From Vicinamibacteraceae bacterium (GTDB lineage Bacteria > Acidobacteriota > Vicinamibacteria > Vicinamibacterales > UBA8438): a DNA stretch of 62,740 bases. Positions 29,974-38,098 of the stretch are shown in pieces. The position numbers were made by a program, and so were the translations under genes. Within the stretch, counting starts at the first letter, position 1, and each line of letters opens with the position of its first letter. The stretch lies in contig JAAXGX010000142.1 of the NCBI GenBank assembly GCA_012271165.1, positions 33,398-96,137 of the forward strand, read 5' to 3'. Below the pieces are notes generated by a model. The model searched no databases. It saw nothing but the letters and a program-made list of their open reading frames with translations, and was not told the origin of the DNA.

Positions 29974-30067
29974 AGATGGGGCTGCGCCCCAAGCCCCCGG
30001 CGTCCGTTCGCGGGGACCCCTGCGCCCCGCGCCACTCCCGCCGAGGCGCGCTGTGCGCGCCTTGCGG
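29974..30067 (+). repeat. Copy C of the GC-rich intergenic repeat element
   Basis: Gap-free alignment to 12225-12318 (about 90 % identity by eye). The hairpin GGCGCGC-TGT-GCGCGCC is retained with a changed loop. Starts 5 nt after the queD stop. Confidence 0.85.
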
Positions 30068-30076
30068 CGGGGCGGT

Positions 30077-30126
30077 CATTTATTTTGAGCATTCAAAAGA
30101 TAAAGATGCTAGAGTCAAAATAAATG
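30077..30126. promoter_or_regulatory. Nested AT-rich palindromes: candidate metal-regulator (DtxR-family) operator upstream of the porin operon
   Basis: TTTTGA-GCAT-TCAAAA at 30083-30098. The outer inverted repeat is CATTTATTTTGA (30077-30088) with TCAAAATAAATG (30115-30126). The core recurs at 33775-33792. Confidence 0.5.
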
Positions 30127-31479
30127 CTTTCAATGCACCAAATTTCGGCCGGCCGCGCGGCTGGGCGCGTCGTGTGCGCGCTGGTGCTGTGCGCGTTCCT
30201 GACGCCGTCCGCCGCGAGCGCCGGGCCGGCGGACCGCGGCGCGGCGCCGGGCTGGCACGGCGCGCTGGCGAGCTACCTCACGGTCGGCGCGGCGGCCGCC
30301 GACACGCTGCGCCGCAACGTCCGGAGCATACTGCAGGCGTGGGCCCGCACGCCGGCCGCGCCGCCGGGCGCGCGCGGCACGGCGGTGGCGACGTACGGCG
30401 CCGGCCAGTCGCCCCCGCCCTCGGAAGGCACGTCGTCCCAACCGGTGACCGGGCCCCTCTCCGGGTACATGGACTTCCACTACAACAATCGGCAGAACGA
30501 GGACGCCGTTCTCGACTTCCACCGCTTCGTGCTGCTCTTCTCCCACGGCTTCTCGGATCGCATTCGATTCGTCGCCGAGCTCGAGCTCGAGCACGCGGTG
30601 GTCTCGAACGAGACCGAGGGCGAGCTGGAGCTCGAGCAGGCGTACGTCGACTTCCTCATCACGCGCGGCTTCAACGTGCGCGCCGGCATGCTGCTCACGC
30701 CGGTCGGCATCATCAACGAGCGCCACGAGCCGCCCGTCTTCCACGGCGTCGAGCGGCCGTTCGTCGACACGGTCATCATCCCGACCACCTGGTTCGACGC
30801 CGGCGTCGGCGTGCACGGCGAGGTGGGCCCGGGCGTGCGGTATCGCGTCTACGCGATGGCGACCCTGGACGCGTTCGGGTTCAGCGCCGAGGAGGGACTG
30901 CGCGGCGGACGGCAGAAGGGCGCAGAATCCAACGCGCGGAGCCTCGCGGGCACCGGCCGCATCGAGTACGTCGGCACGCCCGGGCTCGTGCTGGGCGCCA
31001 GCCTGTGGAGCGGCGAGACCGGCTTCAACACGTTGCGCTTCGACACCAGCCTGACGCTGGTCGAGTTCGACGGCCGCTACCGGCTCGGCGAGCTCGAGGC
31101 GCGGGGTCAGTACGCGCACGGCTTTCTGGACGGGATGGATCGGCTGAACCGGGCGGTCCAGCGGACCACCGGCGTCAGCCCGAACGTGGCCGAGGAGATC
31201 CGCGGCTTCTACCTGGAGGCTTCGTACTTCATCCTGCCGCACCCGGCGCCGAAGGAGCTGGCCGCCTTTCTGCGCTACGAGAACTTCGACACGCAGTTCG
31301 ACATGCCGGCCGGGTTCCGGCCGCTCAGGGAGTTCGACCGCGACGCGTGGGTGTTCGGCCTGACGTACTTCCCGGATCCCGACGTGGCCGTGAAGCTCGA
31401 CTACACGGTGCTGCGCAACCAGAGCGCGGTGATCGACGCGCCCGATTCCCTGAACCTGGGGCTGGGGTGGTGGTTCTGA
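30124..31479 (+). CDS. Outer-membrane porin-like beta-barrel protein
   Basis: Signal peptide (ALVLCAFLTPSAASA), alternating beta-strand pattern, C-terminal LNLGLGWWF aromatic terminus typical of OMPs. Resembles phosphate-selective porin O/P-like families (by recall). Confidence 0.75.
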   Translation: MLSMHQISAGRAAGRVVCALVLCAFLTPSAASAGPADRGAAPGWHGALASYLTVGAAAADTLRRNVRSILQAWARTPAAPPGARGTAVATYGAGQSPPPSEGTSSQPVTGPLSGYMDFHYNNRQNEDAVLDFHRFVLLFSHGFSDRIRFVAELELEHAVVSNETEGELELEQAYVDFLITRGFNVRAGMLLTPVGIINERHEPPVFHGVERPFVDTVIIPTTWFDAGVGVHGEVGPGVRYRVYAMATLDAFGFSAEEGLRGGRQKGAESNARSLAGTGRIEYVGTPGLVLGASLWSGETGFNTLRFDTSLTLVEFDGRYRLGELEARGQYAHGFLDGMDRLNRAVQRTTGVSPNVAEEIRGFYLEASYFILPHPAPKELAAFLRYENFDTQFDMPAGFRPLREFDRDAWVFGLTYFPDPDVAVKLDYTVLRNQSAVIDAPDSLNLGLGWWF

Positions 31480-31859
31480 GACGTCTCGGGTGGCGTGTGG
31501 TGCTGGCCGGGGTCGTGCTCGCGGGCGCCGGACCGGCCGGCTCGCGCGCGCTCGAGCCGCAGCCGGTGGTGGTGCCGGTGGTGGCCGAGCGCTTCTCGTT
31601 CACCCCGTCCGAGATTCGGGTGCCGGCCCGCGTGCCGGTCGAGCTGCGCATTCGCAGCGCCGACACCATGCACGGCTTCCGAATCGTCGGCCGCCAGGTG
31701 AACGTGGCGGTCCCGAAGCGGCGGCAGGGCGAGGCCGTGGTGCGGCTCGAGGCGCTGGCGCCCGGACGTTACCGCTTCGAGTGCTCGCGGCTGTGCGGCG
31801 CCGGACACCACTTCATGCGCGGCGAGATCGTGGTGGTCGCTTCCGACGGCAACCCATGA
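31470..31859 (+). CDS. Small membrane-anchored cupredoxin with a CuA-type (COX2-like) ligand set
   Basis: N-terminal hydrophobic anchor (WRVVLAGVVLAGAG). ADTMHGF then C-SRL-C-GAG-H-HF-M matches the H...C-x3-C-x3-H-x2-M CuA pattern. GTG start overlaps the porin stop by 10 nt. Confidence 0.7.
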   Translation: MVLRRLGWRVVLAGVVLAGAGPAGSRALEPQPVVVPVVAERFSFTPSEIRVPARVPVELRIRSADTMHGFRIVGRQVNVAVPKRRQGEAVVRLEALAPGRYRFECSRLCGAGHHFMRGEIVVVASDGNP

Positions 31860-33052
31860 GAACGCTCGCCAGCGCGGCGGTCGCGGGCCGCACGGCAATT
31901 CTGACGGCGCTTACGGCGTTCGCCGCCCCCGCGGCCGGCCAGCATCCCGTGGCGCCGGGCGACCCGCTGCCCGGCATCACGCCGGCCGAGTTCGAGGAGT
32001 TCCGGCTCGGCCTGGAGGACTTCCTGGAGGTCGAGACGGCGGAAGAGGGGCTCGGACCAGCCTACAACGCGACGAGCTGCGCCGCCTGCCACAGCGTGCC
32101 CGCCATAGGCGGCATCGCCCCGGTGGCCACCGTCCGCGCCGGCATCCGCGACGCCGACGGCACCTTCCGCGACTTCGACCCGGCGCGCGGGTCGCTGTTC
32201 CAGCTCTTCTCGATTCCGACGCACGGCTGCCAGTCGGTGATTCCGGCCGAGGCGAACGTCATCGCGCACCGGGTGCCGATTCCCCTGTTCGGCGCAGGCC
32301 TCGTCGAAGCGATAGCGGACGCGGACATACTCCGGCTCGATGACCCGCACGATTTGGACGGCGACGGCGTCAGCGGCCGGGCGGCGCTCGTCACCGACCG
32401 GGCAACCGGCGAGCTGCGCGTCGGGCGGTTCGGCTGGAAGGCCCAGGTCGCGACGCTGCTCGAATTCGGCGGCGACGCCTACCGGAACGAGATGGGCATC
32501 ACGAACGACCTGTTTCCCGCCGAGCTCACGTTCAACCTGACCGAGCTCCAGCTCCGCCTGTGCGATCCGCTCCCGGAGCCCGAGGACGTGCCGGAGCCGG
32601 GCACCGGCCGGCGGGGCATCGACAACTTCGAGTCGTTCATGCGGCTGCTCGCGCCGCCGGCGCGCGGCGACGTGACGGGGCCGGTCGCGCGCGGCCGGCA
32701 GGTCTTCGAGTCGATTGGCTGCGCCGCCTGCCATGTCCCGGCGCTGGCTACCGGTCCGAGCCTGAATCCCGTCTTCGACCGCCGCCCGGTGCCGCTCTTC
32801 TCCGACCTGCTGCTGCACGACGTGGGTACGGGCGACGGGATCGCGCAGGCGGCGGCCATGCCGAACGAGATCCGCACGCCGGCACTCTGGGGGCTGCGCC
32901 ACCGGCGGCCGCTGCTGCACGACGGCAGCGCGGCCACCATTCTCGAAGCGGTGGTCCGGCACGCGGGCGAGGCGCGGGCGGCCAGGGACAGGCTGCCCGA
33001 GCTGTCCGCCGCCGACCTCGCCGCCCTGATGGCCTTCCTCGAGTCGCTCTGA
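31856..33052 (+). CDS. Di-haem c-type oxidoreductase (DUF1111 / putative peroxidase family)
   Basis: Signal peptide, two CxxCH motifs (CAACHSV, CAACHVP), GRFGWKAQ and LWGLRHRRPLLHDG family hallmarks. ATGA overlap with the cupredoxin stop. Confidence 0.82.
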   Translation: MRTLASAAVAGRTAILTALTAFAAPAAGQHPVAPGDPLPGITPAEFEEFRLGLEDFLEVETAEEGLGPAYNATSCAACHSVPAIGGIAPVATVRAGIRDADGTFRDFDPARGSLFQLFSIPTHGCQSVIPAEANVIAHRVPIPLFGAGLVEAIADADILRLDDPHDLDGDGVSGRAALVTDRATGELRVGRFGWKAQVATLLEFGGDAYRNEMGITNDLFPAELTFNLTELQLRLCDPLPEPEDVPEPGTGRRGIDNFESFMRLLAPPARGDVTGPVARGRQVFESIGCAACHVPALATGPSLNPVFDRRPVPLFSDLLLHDVGTGDGIAQAAAMPNEIRTPALWGLRHRRPLLHDGSAATILEAVVRHAGEARAARDRLPELSAADLAALMAFLESL

Positions 33053-33067
33053 GGAAGGCGTCCGCAC

Positions 33068-33763
33068 TCAAGCCGTCTGCTCGGTCGGCGCTACCTGCAG
33101 CTTGGCGGCAGCCCGCATCCCGATCATGATCTGACGTTCGCGCTTGCCGCGGACGACGACGTGGTCGGCCGCGGCGTCGCGGGACTCGACCCGAATGGCC
33201 TGGCCGGGCTTGAGGCCGCTGCTCTCGAGGAAGCGCAGGAACGCCGAATCCTGGTCAGTGACGCGGGTCAGGACCACCGGCGATCCGAGCGGGCAGGTCA
33301 GCAGCGTCTGGTACTCCGGCGTCACCATCGAGCCGCTCGAGTCGGGAATGGGGTCGCCGTGCGGGTCGGCGGCCGGGCGTCCGAGCATCGCATCGATCCG
33401 ATCGATGAGGCGGTCCGACGCCGCGTGCTCCAGGCGTTCGGCCTCGTCGTGCACTTCCGCCCAGCTCATCCCGAGCACCTTGACGAGAAACAGCTCGATG
33501 AGCCGGTGGCGCCGGAGCACGAGCGCGGCGAGCTTCTCGCCCGCGGGCGTCAACCGCACGCCCGCGTACGGCTCGTAGTCGACCAGTCCCGACTCGGCCA
33601 GCGTCTTGACCATGGTGGTCGCGGTGCCCGGCACCACGCCCAGCGCGCCGGCCAGACGCCCCATGGGGACGAGGCGATGCTCGGGACCCTGGGCGGACTG
33701 GGCCTGATAGATCGCCTTCAGGTAGTTTTCGACCGTGCTGGAGGGGAGCGCCATGACTGACAC
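33068..33763 (-). CDS. DtxR/IdeR/MntR-family metal-dependent transcriptional regulator with C-terminal FeoA/SH3-like domain
   Basis: ENYLKAIY, GVVPGTATTMVKTL HTH, metal-site region RRHRLIELFL...HDEAERLEHA...DPHGDPIP, C-terminal FeoA-like domain. Confidence 0.9.
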   Translation of the reverse strand: MSVMALPSSTVENYLKAIYQAQSAQGPEHRLVPMGRLAGALGVVPGTATTMVKTLAESGLVDYEPYAGVRLTPAGEKLAALVLRRHRLIELFLVKVLGMSWAEVHDEAERLEHAASDRLIDRIDAMLGRPAADPHGDPIPDSSGSMVTPEYQTLLTCPLGSPVVLTRVTDQDSAFLRFLESSGLKPGQAIRVESRDAAADHVVVRGKRERQIMIGMRAAAKLQVAPTEQTA

Positions 33764-33774
33764 TATGCTATAGT

Positions 33775-33792
33775 ATTTTGAGTTATCAAAAT
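33775..33792. promoter_or_regulatory. Palindrome ATTTTGA-GTTA-TCAAAAT: candidate DtxR-family operator in the divergent regulator / feo promoter region
   Basis: Perfect 7-bp arms read directly, in the AT-rich 80-nt gap between 33763 and 33844. Same core as 30083-30098. Confidence 0.5.
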
Positions 33793-33843
33793 TTCAATTG
33801 TCATGCGTCAAAGTGCGCGTGCCTGACTGCACGCGCGTCGAGA

Positions 33844-34887
33844 ATGCCCGATCCGCGTTTCGCACTCCTCGTCTTCGCCGCGCTCAGCCTGATACTGGCG
33901 GCGCTGCTGTGGCCCGAGCGCGGTGTGCTCCCCCGCTTGCTGCGCCTCTGGAGGCTGGGCGAGCGCGTGCGGCTCGAGGATGCCCTGAAGCACGTGCTCA
34001 CCTGCCGGCAGAGCGGTCAGGCGTGCTCGCTCGACAGCCTGGCCGGTCGCCTGGAGGTGTCCACCGCGCGGGCCGCCGCGCTGCTCTCCCGGCTCGCCGC
34101 GATGGGGCTTGTCCGGATGGCGCCGGACGGACCGGTGCTGACGAGCGAGGGGGCGCAATCGGCCGTCCGCATCGTGCGCACGCACCGCCTCTGGGAGCGC
34201 TATCTGGCTGACCGCACCGGCATTCCGCCGGCGGAGTGGCACGAGCGGGCCGAGCGGATGGAGCATGCCCTCTCCGCCGAGCAGACCGACGCGCTCGAGC
34301 TGCGCCTGGGCTACCCGAGCTGGGACCCGCCCGGCGATCCGATCCCGGACGCCTCGGGGGAGATCCCGCCGGCTCCCGGCATCGAGCTGACGACGGTCGA
34401 ACCCGGCCGGACGGTCGAGATCGTGCATCTGGAGGACGAGCCGCGGGAGATCTACGACGCCCTGCTCGGGGAAGGGCTCGTCCTCGGCGGGCGACTCGAC
34501 GTCGTCGCGCGGGCCGACCGCGGCATTCGCGTGCGGGGAGCCGGCGGGCGCGAGTGGACGCTCGACGCCGTGGCGGCGCGCAACGTCAGTGTCCGTCCGC
34601 TGCCGGCGGGCGAGCGCGCCGCGGCGAGCTGGACGACGCTGCGGGACGCGCGGCCCGGGGAGACGGTGCGGGTCGTGGAGATCTCGCGCGCCTGCCAGGC
34701 CACGCAACGCCGCCGGCTGCTCGACCTCGGCGTGGTCCGCGGCACGCGCATCACGCCCGAGCTGGTGAGCGCGACGGGCGATCCGGTGGCCTATCTCATT
34801 CGCGGCGCGCTCATCGCGCTGCGGCGCCAGCAGGCGTCCTGGATCCGGGTGGAGCGCACCGGCGAATCGGTGGAGGCCGCCCGATGA
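33844..34887 (+). CDS. Membrane-anchored DtxR-like protein with two FeoA domains
   Basis: N-terminal TM helix (FALLVFAALSLILAALLW), DtxR-like HTH and dimerisation region (RTHRLWERYL...HERAERMEHA...DPPGDPIP). Two FeoA/SH3-like repeats follow (GRTVEIVHLED...; GETVRVVEISRACQATQRRRLLDLGVVRGTRI). ATGA overlap with feoB. Confidence 0.75.
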   Translation: MPDPRFALLVFAALSLILAALLWPERGVLPRLLRLWRLGERVRLEDALKHVLTCRQSGQACSLDSLAGRLEVSTARAAALLSRLAAMGLVRMAPDGPVLTSEGAQSAVRIVRTHRLWERYLADRTGIPPAEWHERAERMEHALSAEQTDALELRLGYPSWDPPGDPIPDASGEIPPAPGIELTTVEPGRTVEIVHLEDEPREIYDALLGEGLVLGGRLDVVARADRGIRVRGAGGREWTLDAVAARNVSVRPLPAGERAAASWTTLRDARPGETVRVVEISRACQATQRRRLLDLGVVRGTRITPELVSATGDPVAYLIRGALIALRRQQASWIRVERTGESVEAAR

Positions 34888-37091
34888 GCGCGGCGGCGGG
34901 CGCCTGCGGCGGCTGCTCGCAGCACCGCGCCGACAACCTGCTGCGACTGGGGCTGAACCCCGACAAGTGGGACATTCTGGTCGCGCTCGCGGGCAATCCG
35001 AACGTCGGCAAGAGCACGGTCTTCAACGCCCTCACCGGGCTCCGGCAGCACACCGGCAACTGGCCGGGCAAGACGATCGTGCGGGCGGAGGGCGCGTTCG
35101 CCTACGAGGGCCAGCGGCTCAAGATCGTCGACCTGCCCGGGACCTACTCACTGCAGGCGGAGAGCGCGGACGAGGAGGTGGCGCGCGACTTCATCCTGTT
35201 CGGCCGCCCGGACGTGACCGTCGTCGTGGTCGACGCGACGCGCCTGGAACGGAACCTCCACCTCGTGCTGCAGATACTGGACATCACGGATCGCGTCGTC
35301 GTCTATCTCAACCTCGTCGACGAAGCCCGGCGCCACGGCATCGCCGTGGACGCGGCGCGCCTGGAGCAGCAGCTCGGCGTGCCGGTGGTGAGCGGGGTCG
35401 CCCGCTCGAAGGTCGGCATCGACGACCTGCTCGCGGCGGCCTACCGCGTCGCCAGCGGCGAGATGGCCACCACGCCCTGCCGGGTGGCACGCCTGGACGA
35501 CCGCGTCGAGGAGACCGTCGCCGAGGTGACCCGGGTCGTGCGGGACGCGTTCCCCCGGGTGCCCAACGCCCGCTGGGTGGCGCTGCGCCTGCTCAACGGC
35601 GACGACGCCGTCGGCGAGGCCGTGCGCTCCGGCGAGCTCGGGCAGCTCGGCGACGCGGCCGACGCCCCGCCGGTCCCGGAGGCCGCCCGGGAGCACGTCC
35701 TGCGAACGGCCCGCCGCCGGCGGTGGGACCTGCCCGCCGATTTCCAGGACACGATCACGGAGCGGCTCTACGCCGCGGCCCAGGAGGTGGCCGACGGCAC
35801 GCAGATGCGCGGGCTGAAGCGGGCCGGCTTCGACTTCGACCGGACCCTCGACCGGCTGCTCACGAGCCGCTGGCTGGGATTCCCCCTGATGCTGGCGATC
35901 CTCGCGGCGGTCTTCTGGATCACGATCGAGGGCGCCAACGTCCCGTCCGGGATGCTGGCCGCGCTGCTCCTCGACACCGTGCACCCGTGGCTCAAGGGCC
36001 TCGGCGACGCGGCCGGGCTGCCCTGGTGGCTGGGCGGCTTCCTGTTCGACGGGGTGTACCTGGCGACGGCCTGGGTGGTGGCCGTCATGCTGCCCCCCAT
36101 GGCCATCTTCTTCCCGCTGTTCACGCTGCTGGAGGACTTCGGCTATCTGCCCCGGGTGGCCTTCAACCTCGACGCGCTCTTCCGGTCGGCCGGCGCGCAC
36201 GGCAAGCAGGCGCTCACCATGTGCATGGGCTTCGGCTGCAACGCGGCCGGCGTCGTCTCCACGCGCGTCATCGACAGTCCCCGCGAGCGTCTGATCGCCA
36301 TCATCACCAACAACTTCTCGCTGTGCAACGGCCGCTGGCCGACCCAGATCCTCATCGCCACGATCTTCATCGGCGCCCTGGCGCCGGTGCACCTCGGAGG
36401 CGTCGTCTCGGCCGCCGCGGTCGTCGGGATTGCCGTGCTCGGCATCATCACCATGTTCGGCAGCTCGTGGCTGCTGTCGCGCACGGTCCTCCGCGGCGAG
36501 GCGACGCGCTTCAGCCTCGAGCTGCCGCCCTACCGCCCGCCGCGCATCCTGCAGACGCTGTACACGTCGGTCATCGATCGGACGCTCATCGTGCTGGGGC
36601 GGGCCGTCGTCTTCGCGGCGCCCGCCGGCGCGGTCATCTGGCTCGTGTCGAACATCGACCTGGGCGGCGCCAGCCTGGCGGAGCACGGCGTCGCGTGGCT
36701 GGACCCGTTCGGGCTCCTCATCGGCCTCAACGGCGTCATCCTGCTCGCCTACGTGGTGGCGATTCCCGCCAACGAGATCGTCATCCCCACCGTGCTGATG
36801 CTGACCGTGCTCACGGCCGGCGGCGCCGGGGCAGGGGCGGGCGTGATGTTCGAGCTCGACGACATCGGCGCCACCGCCGATCTGCTGCGCGCCGGCGGCT
36901 GGACCCTGTTGACCGGCGTGAACCTGATGCTGTTCAGCCTCCTGCACAACCCGTGCTCCACGACCATCTACACGATCTATCGGGAAACGCGGAGCGCGGG
37001 ATGGACGACGCTGGCCACCCTGCTGCCGGTCGCCGTGGGCGTCACCGTCTGCTTCCTCGTGACGCAGGTGTGGCGGCTGGTCGCGACCTGA
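34884..37091 (+). CDS. feoB: Ferrous iron transporter FeoB
   Basis: G-domain LAGNPNVGKSTVFNALTG, DLPGTYSL, followed by a polytopic membrane domain with gate motifs. Confidence 0.93.
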   Translation: MSAAAGACGGCSQHRADNLLRLGLNPDKWDILVALAGNPNVGKSTVFNALTGLRQHTGNWPGKTIVRAEGAFAYEGQRLKIVDLPGTYSLQAESADEEVARDFILFGRPDVTVVVVDATRLERNLHLVLQILDITDRVVVYLNLVDEARRHGIAVDAARLEQQLGVPVVSGVARSKVGIDDLLAAAYRVASGEMATTPCRVARLDDRVEETVAEVTRVVRDAFPRVPNARWVALRLLNGDDAVGEAVRSGELGQLGDAADAPPVPEAAREHVLRTARRRRWDLPADFQDTITERLYAAAQEVADGTQMRGLKRAGFDFDRTLDRLLTSRWLGFPLMLAILAAVFWITIEGANVPSGMLAALLLDTVHPWLKGLGDAAGLPWWLGGFLFDGVYLATAWVVAVMLPPMAIFFPLFTLLEDFGYLPRVAFNLDALFRSAGAHGKQALTMCMGFGCNAAGVVSTRVIDSPRERLIAIITNNFSLCNGRWPTQILIATIFIGALAPVHLGGVVSAAAVVGIAVLGIITMFGSSWLLSRTVLRGEATRFSLELPPYRPPRILQTLYTSVIDRTLIVLGRAVVFAAPAGAVIWLVSNIDLGGASLAEHGVAWLDPFGLLIGLNGVILLAYVVAIPANEIVIPTVLMLTVLTAGGAGAGAGVMFELDDIGATADLLRAGGWTLLTGVNLMLFSLLHNPCSTTIYTIYRETRSAGWTTLATLLPVAVGVTVCFLVTQVWRLVAT

Positions 37092-37144
37092 TGCGCCCCG
37101 CGCGTGGCCAGCGGCGGTGAGCCGCAGTAGGATCGCACGGGCCG

Positions 37145-37579
37145 ATGTCCGCGGAGCTGGATTCCTCCAACTGGTCGGGTGAGGGCGACTTCACGCGCAG
37201 GCTTATCGACTGGTGCGCCAGCCAGCCGGCGGTGGCGTTCGTGCGCGTCGAGGACGCGCCGTCCAGCCGCGCGGACGTCGAGTACAACTTCATCAGCAAC
37301 GAGATCTTCCTGCGGTTTCACACCCGGAGCCGCAGCGAGCGGCGGCGGCTGCTCGGGGTCGTGCCGCTGCGGCGCACGGTGACCGAGAAGGTCATGACGC
37401 TGGACCAGCTCGAGTCGCAGCTCTCGGGCACGGAAGACCTGGGGGAGCCGGACTACGCGGACGAGGGCATGATCCAGTACCTCCACACCGAGCGCGTCGT
37501 GCCCCCGTATCAGACCCGGGGCTACAAGCTGATCGAGCTGGTGCGGATCTACGAGGTCGGCACGCCGTCGCGGGCATGA
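37145..37579 (+). CDS. Hypothetical protein
   Basis: 144-aa ORF with strong third-position GC bias; no recognised motif; translationally coupled (ATGA) to the next ORF. Confidence 0.6.
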   Translation: MSAELDSSNWSGEGDFTRRLIDWCASQPAVAFVRVEDAPSSRADVEYNFISNEIFLRFHTRSRSERRRLLGVVPLRRTVTEKVMTLDQLESQLSGTEDLGEPDYADEGMIQYLHTERVVPPYQTRGYKLIELVRIYEVGTPSRA

Positions 37580-38034
37580 GGCCGTCTGGAGCCGGAACGA
37601 TGCCCATGCTTGCCCCCGCCGACGTTCGGCAGCGCGTGCTGCAGACGATCCAGGCCGCCCGCCGGGCCGCCGAGGCGCGCCGGGCGCGCGCCGCGGAGGC
37701 CGAGCGCGACGGCAGCGCGGTGCTGGCCGAAGTCGTGGCCCCGGCCTGCAGGGCCGTGGCGGCGGTGCTAAAGGCGGAGGGGTACGGATTCCGCGTGCTC
37801 ACCCCGGCTGGATCCGTGCGGCTGGCGAGGGACGCGGCGACCGAGGACTTCATCGAGATCGCCCTCGACACGACGCGCGATCCGCCGGCGCTCGTCGGCC
37901 GCGTCAGCCGCGCCTGGGGCCGGCGCGTCCTGGTCGACGAGCAGGTCGTGCGCGAGGCGCCGATCGGCGGGCTGACCGAGGACGAGGCCATCGCGATGGT
38001 GCTGGAGCGGCTCGGTCCGTTCGTCGAGCGGTAG
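37576..38034 (+). CDS. Hypothetical protein
   Basis: 152-aa reading frame starting at the ATG overlapping the previous stop (alternative MPMLAP start at about 37600). N-terminal Arg/Ala helix, no recognised family. Confidence 0.55.
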   Translation: MRPSGAGTMPMLAPADVRQRVLQTIQAARRAAEARRARAAEAERDGSAVLAEVVAPACRAVAAVLKAEGYGFRVLTPAGSVRLARDAATEDFIEIALDTTRDPPALVGRVSRAWGRRVLVDEQVVREAPIGGLTEDEAIAMVLERLGPFVER

Positions 38035-38098
38035 CAGCCGCCGTTCCGCCAGGACGAGCGTTTGTGCCTGACCCGTTCAGACGCGGGAGACCAGGCCA

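Noticed and set aside
29976-31469. 627-aa ORF starting MGLRPKPPASVRGDP inside the repeat element
   Set aside because: The start lies inside the non-coding repeat copy C. The frame runs out of phase across the porin gene, which has a clear OMP signature, and only its last 129 codons (the cupredoxin) are real.
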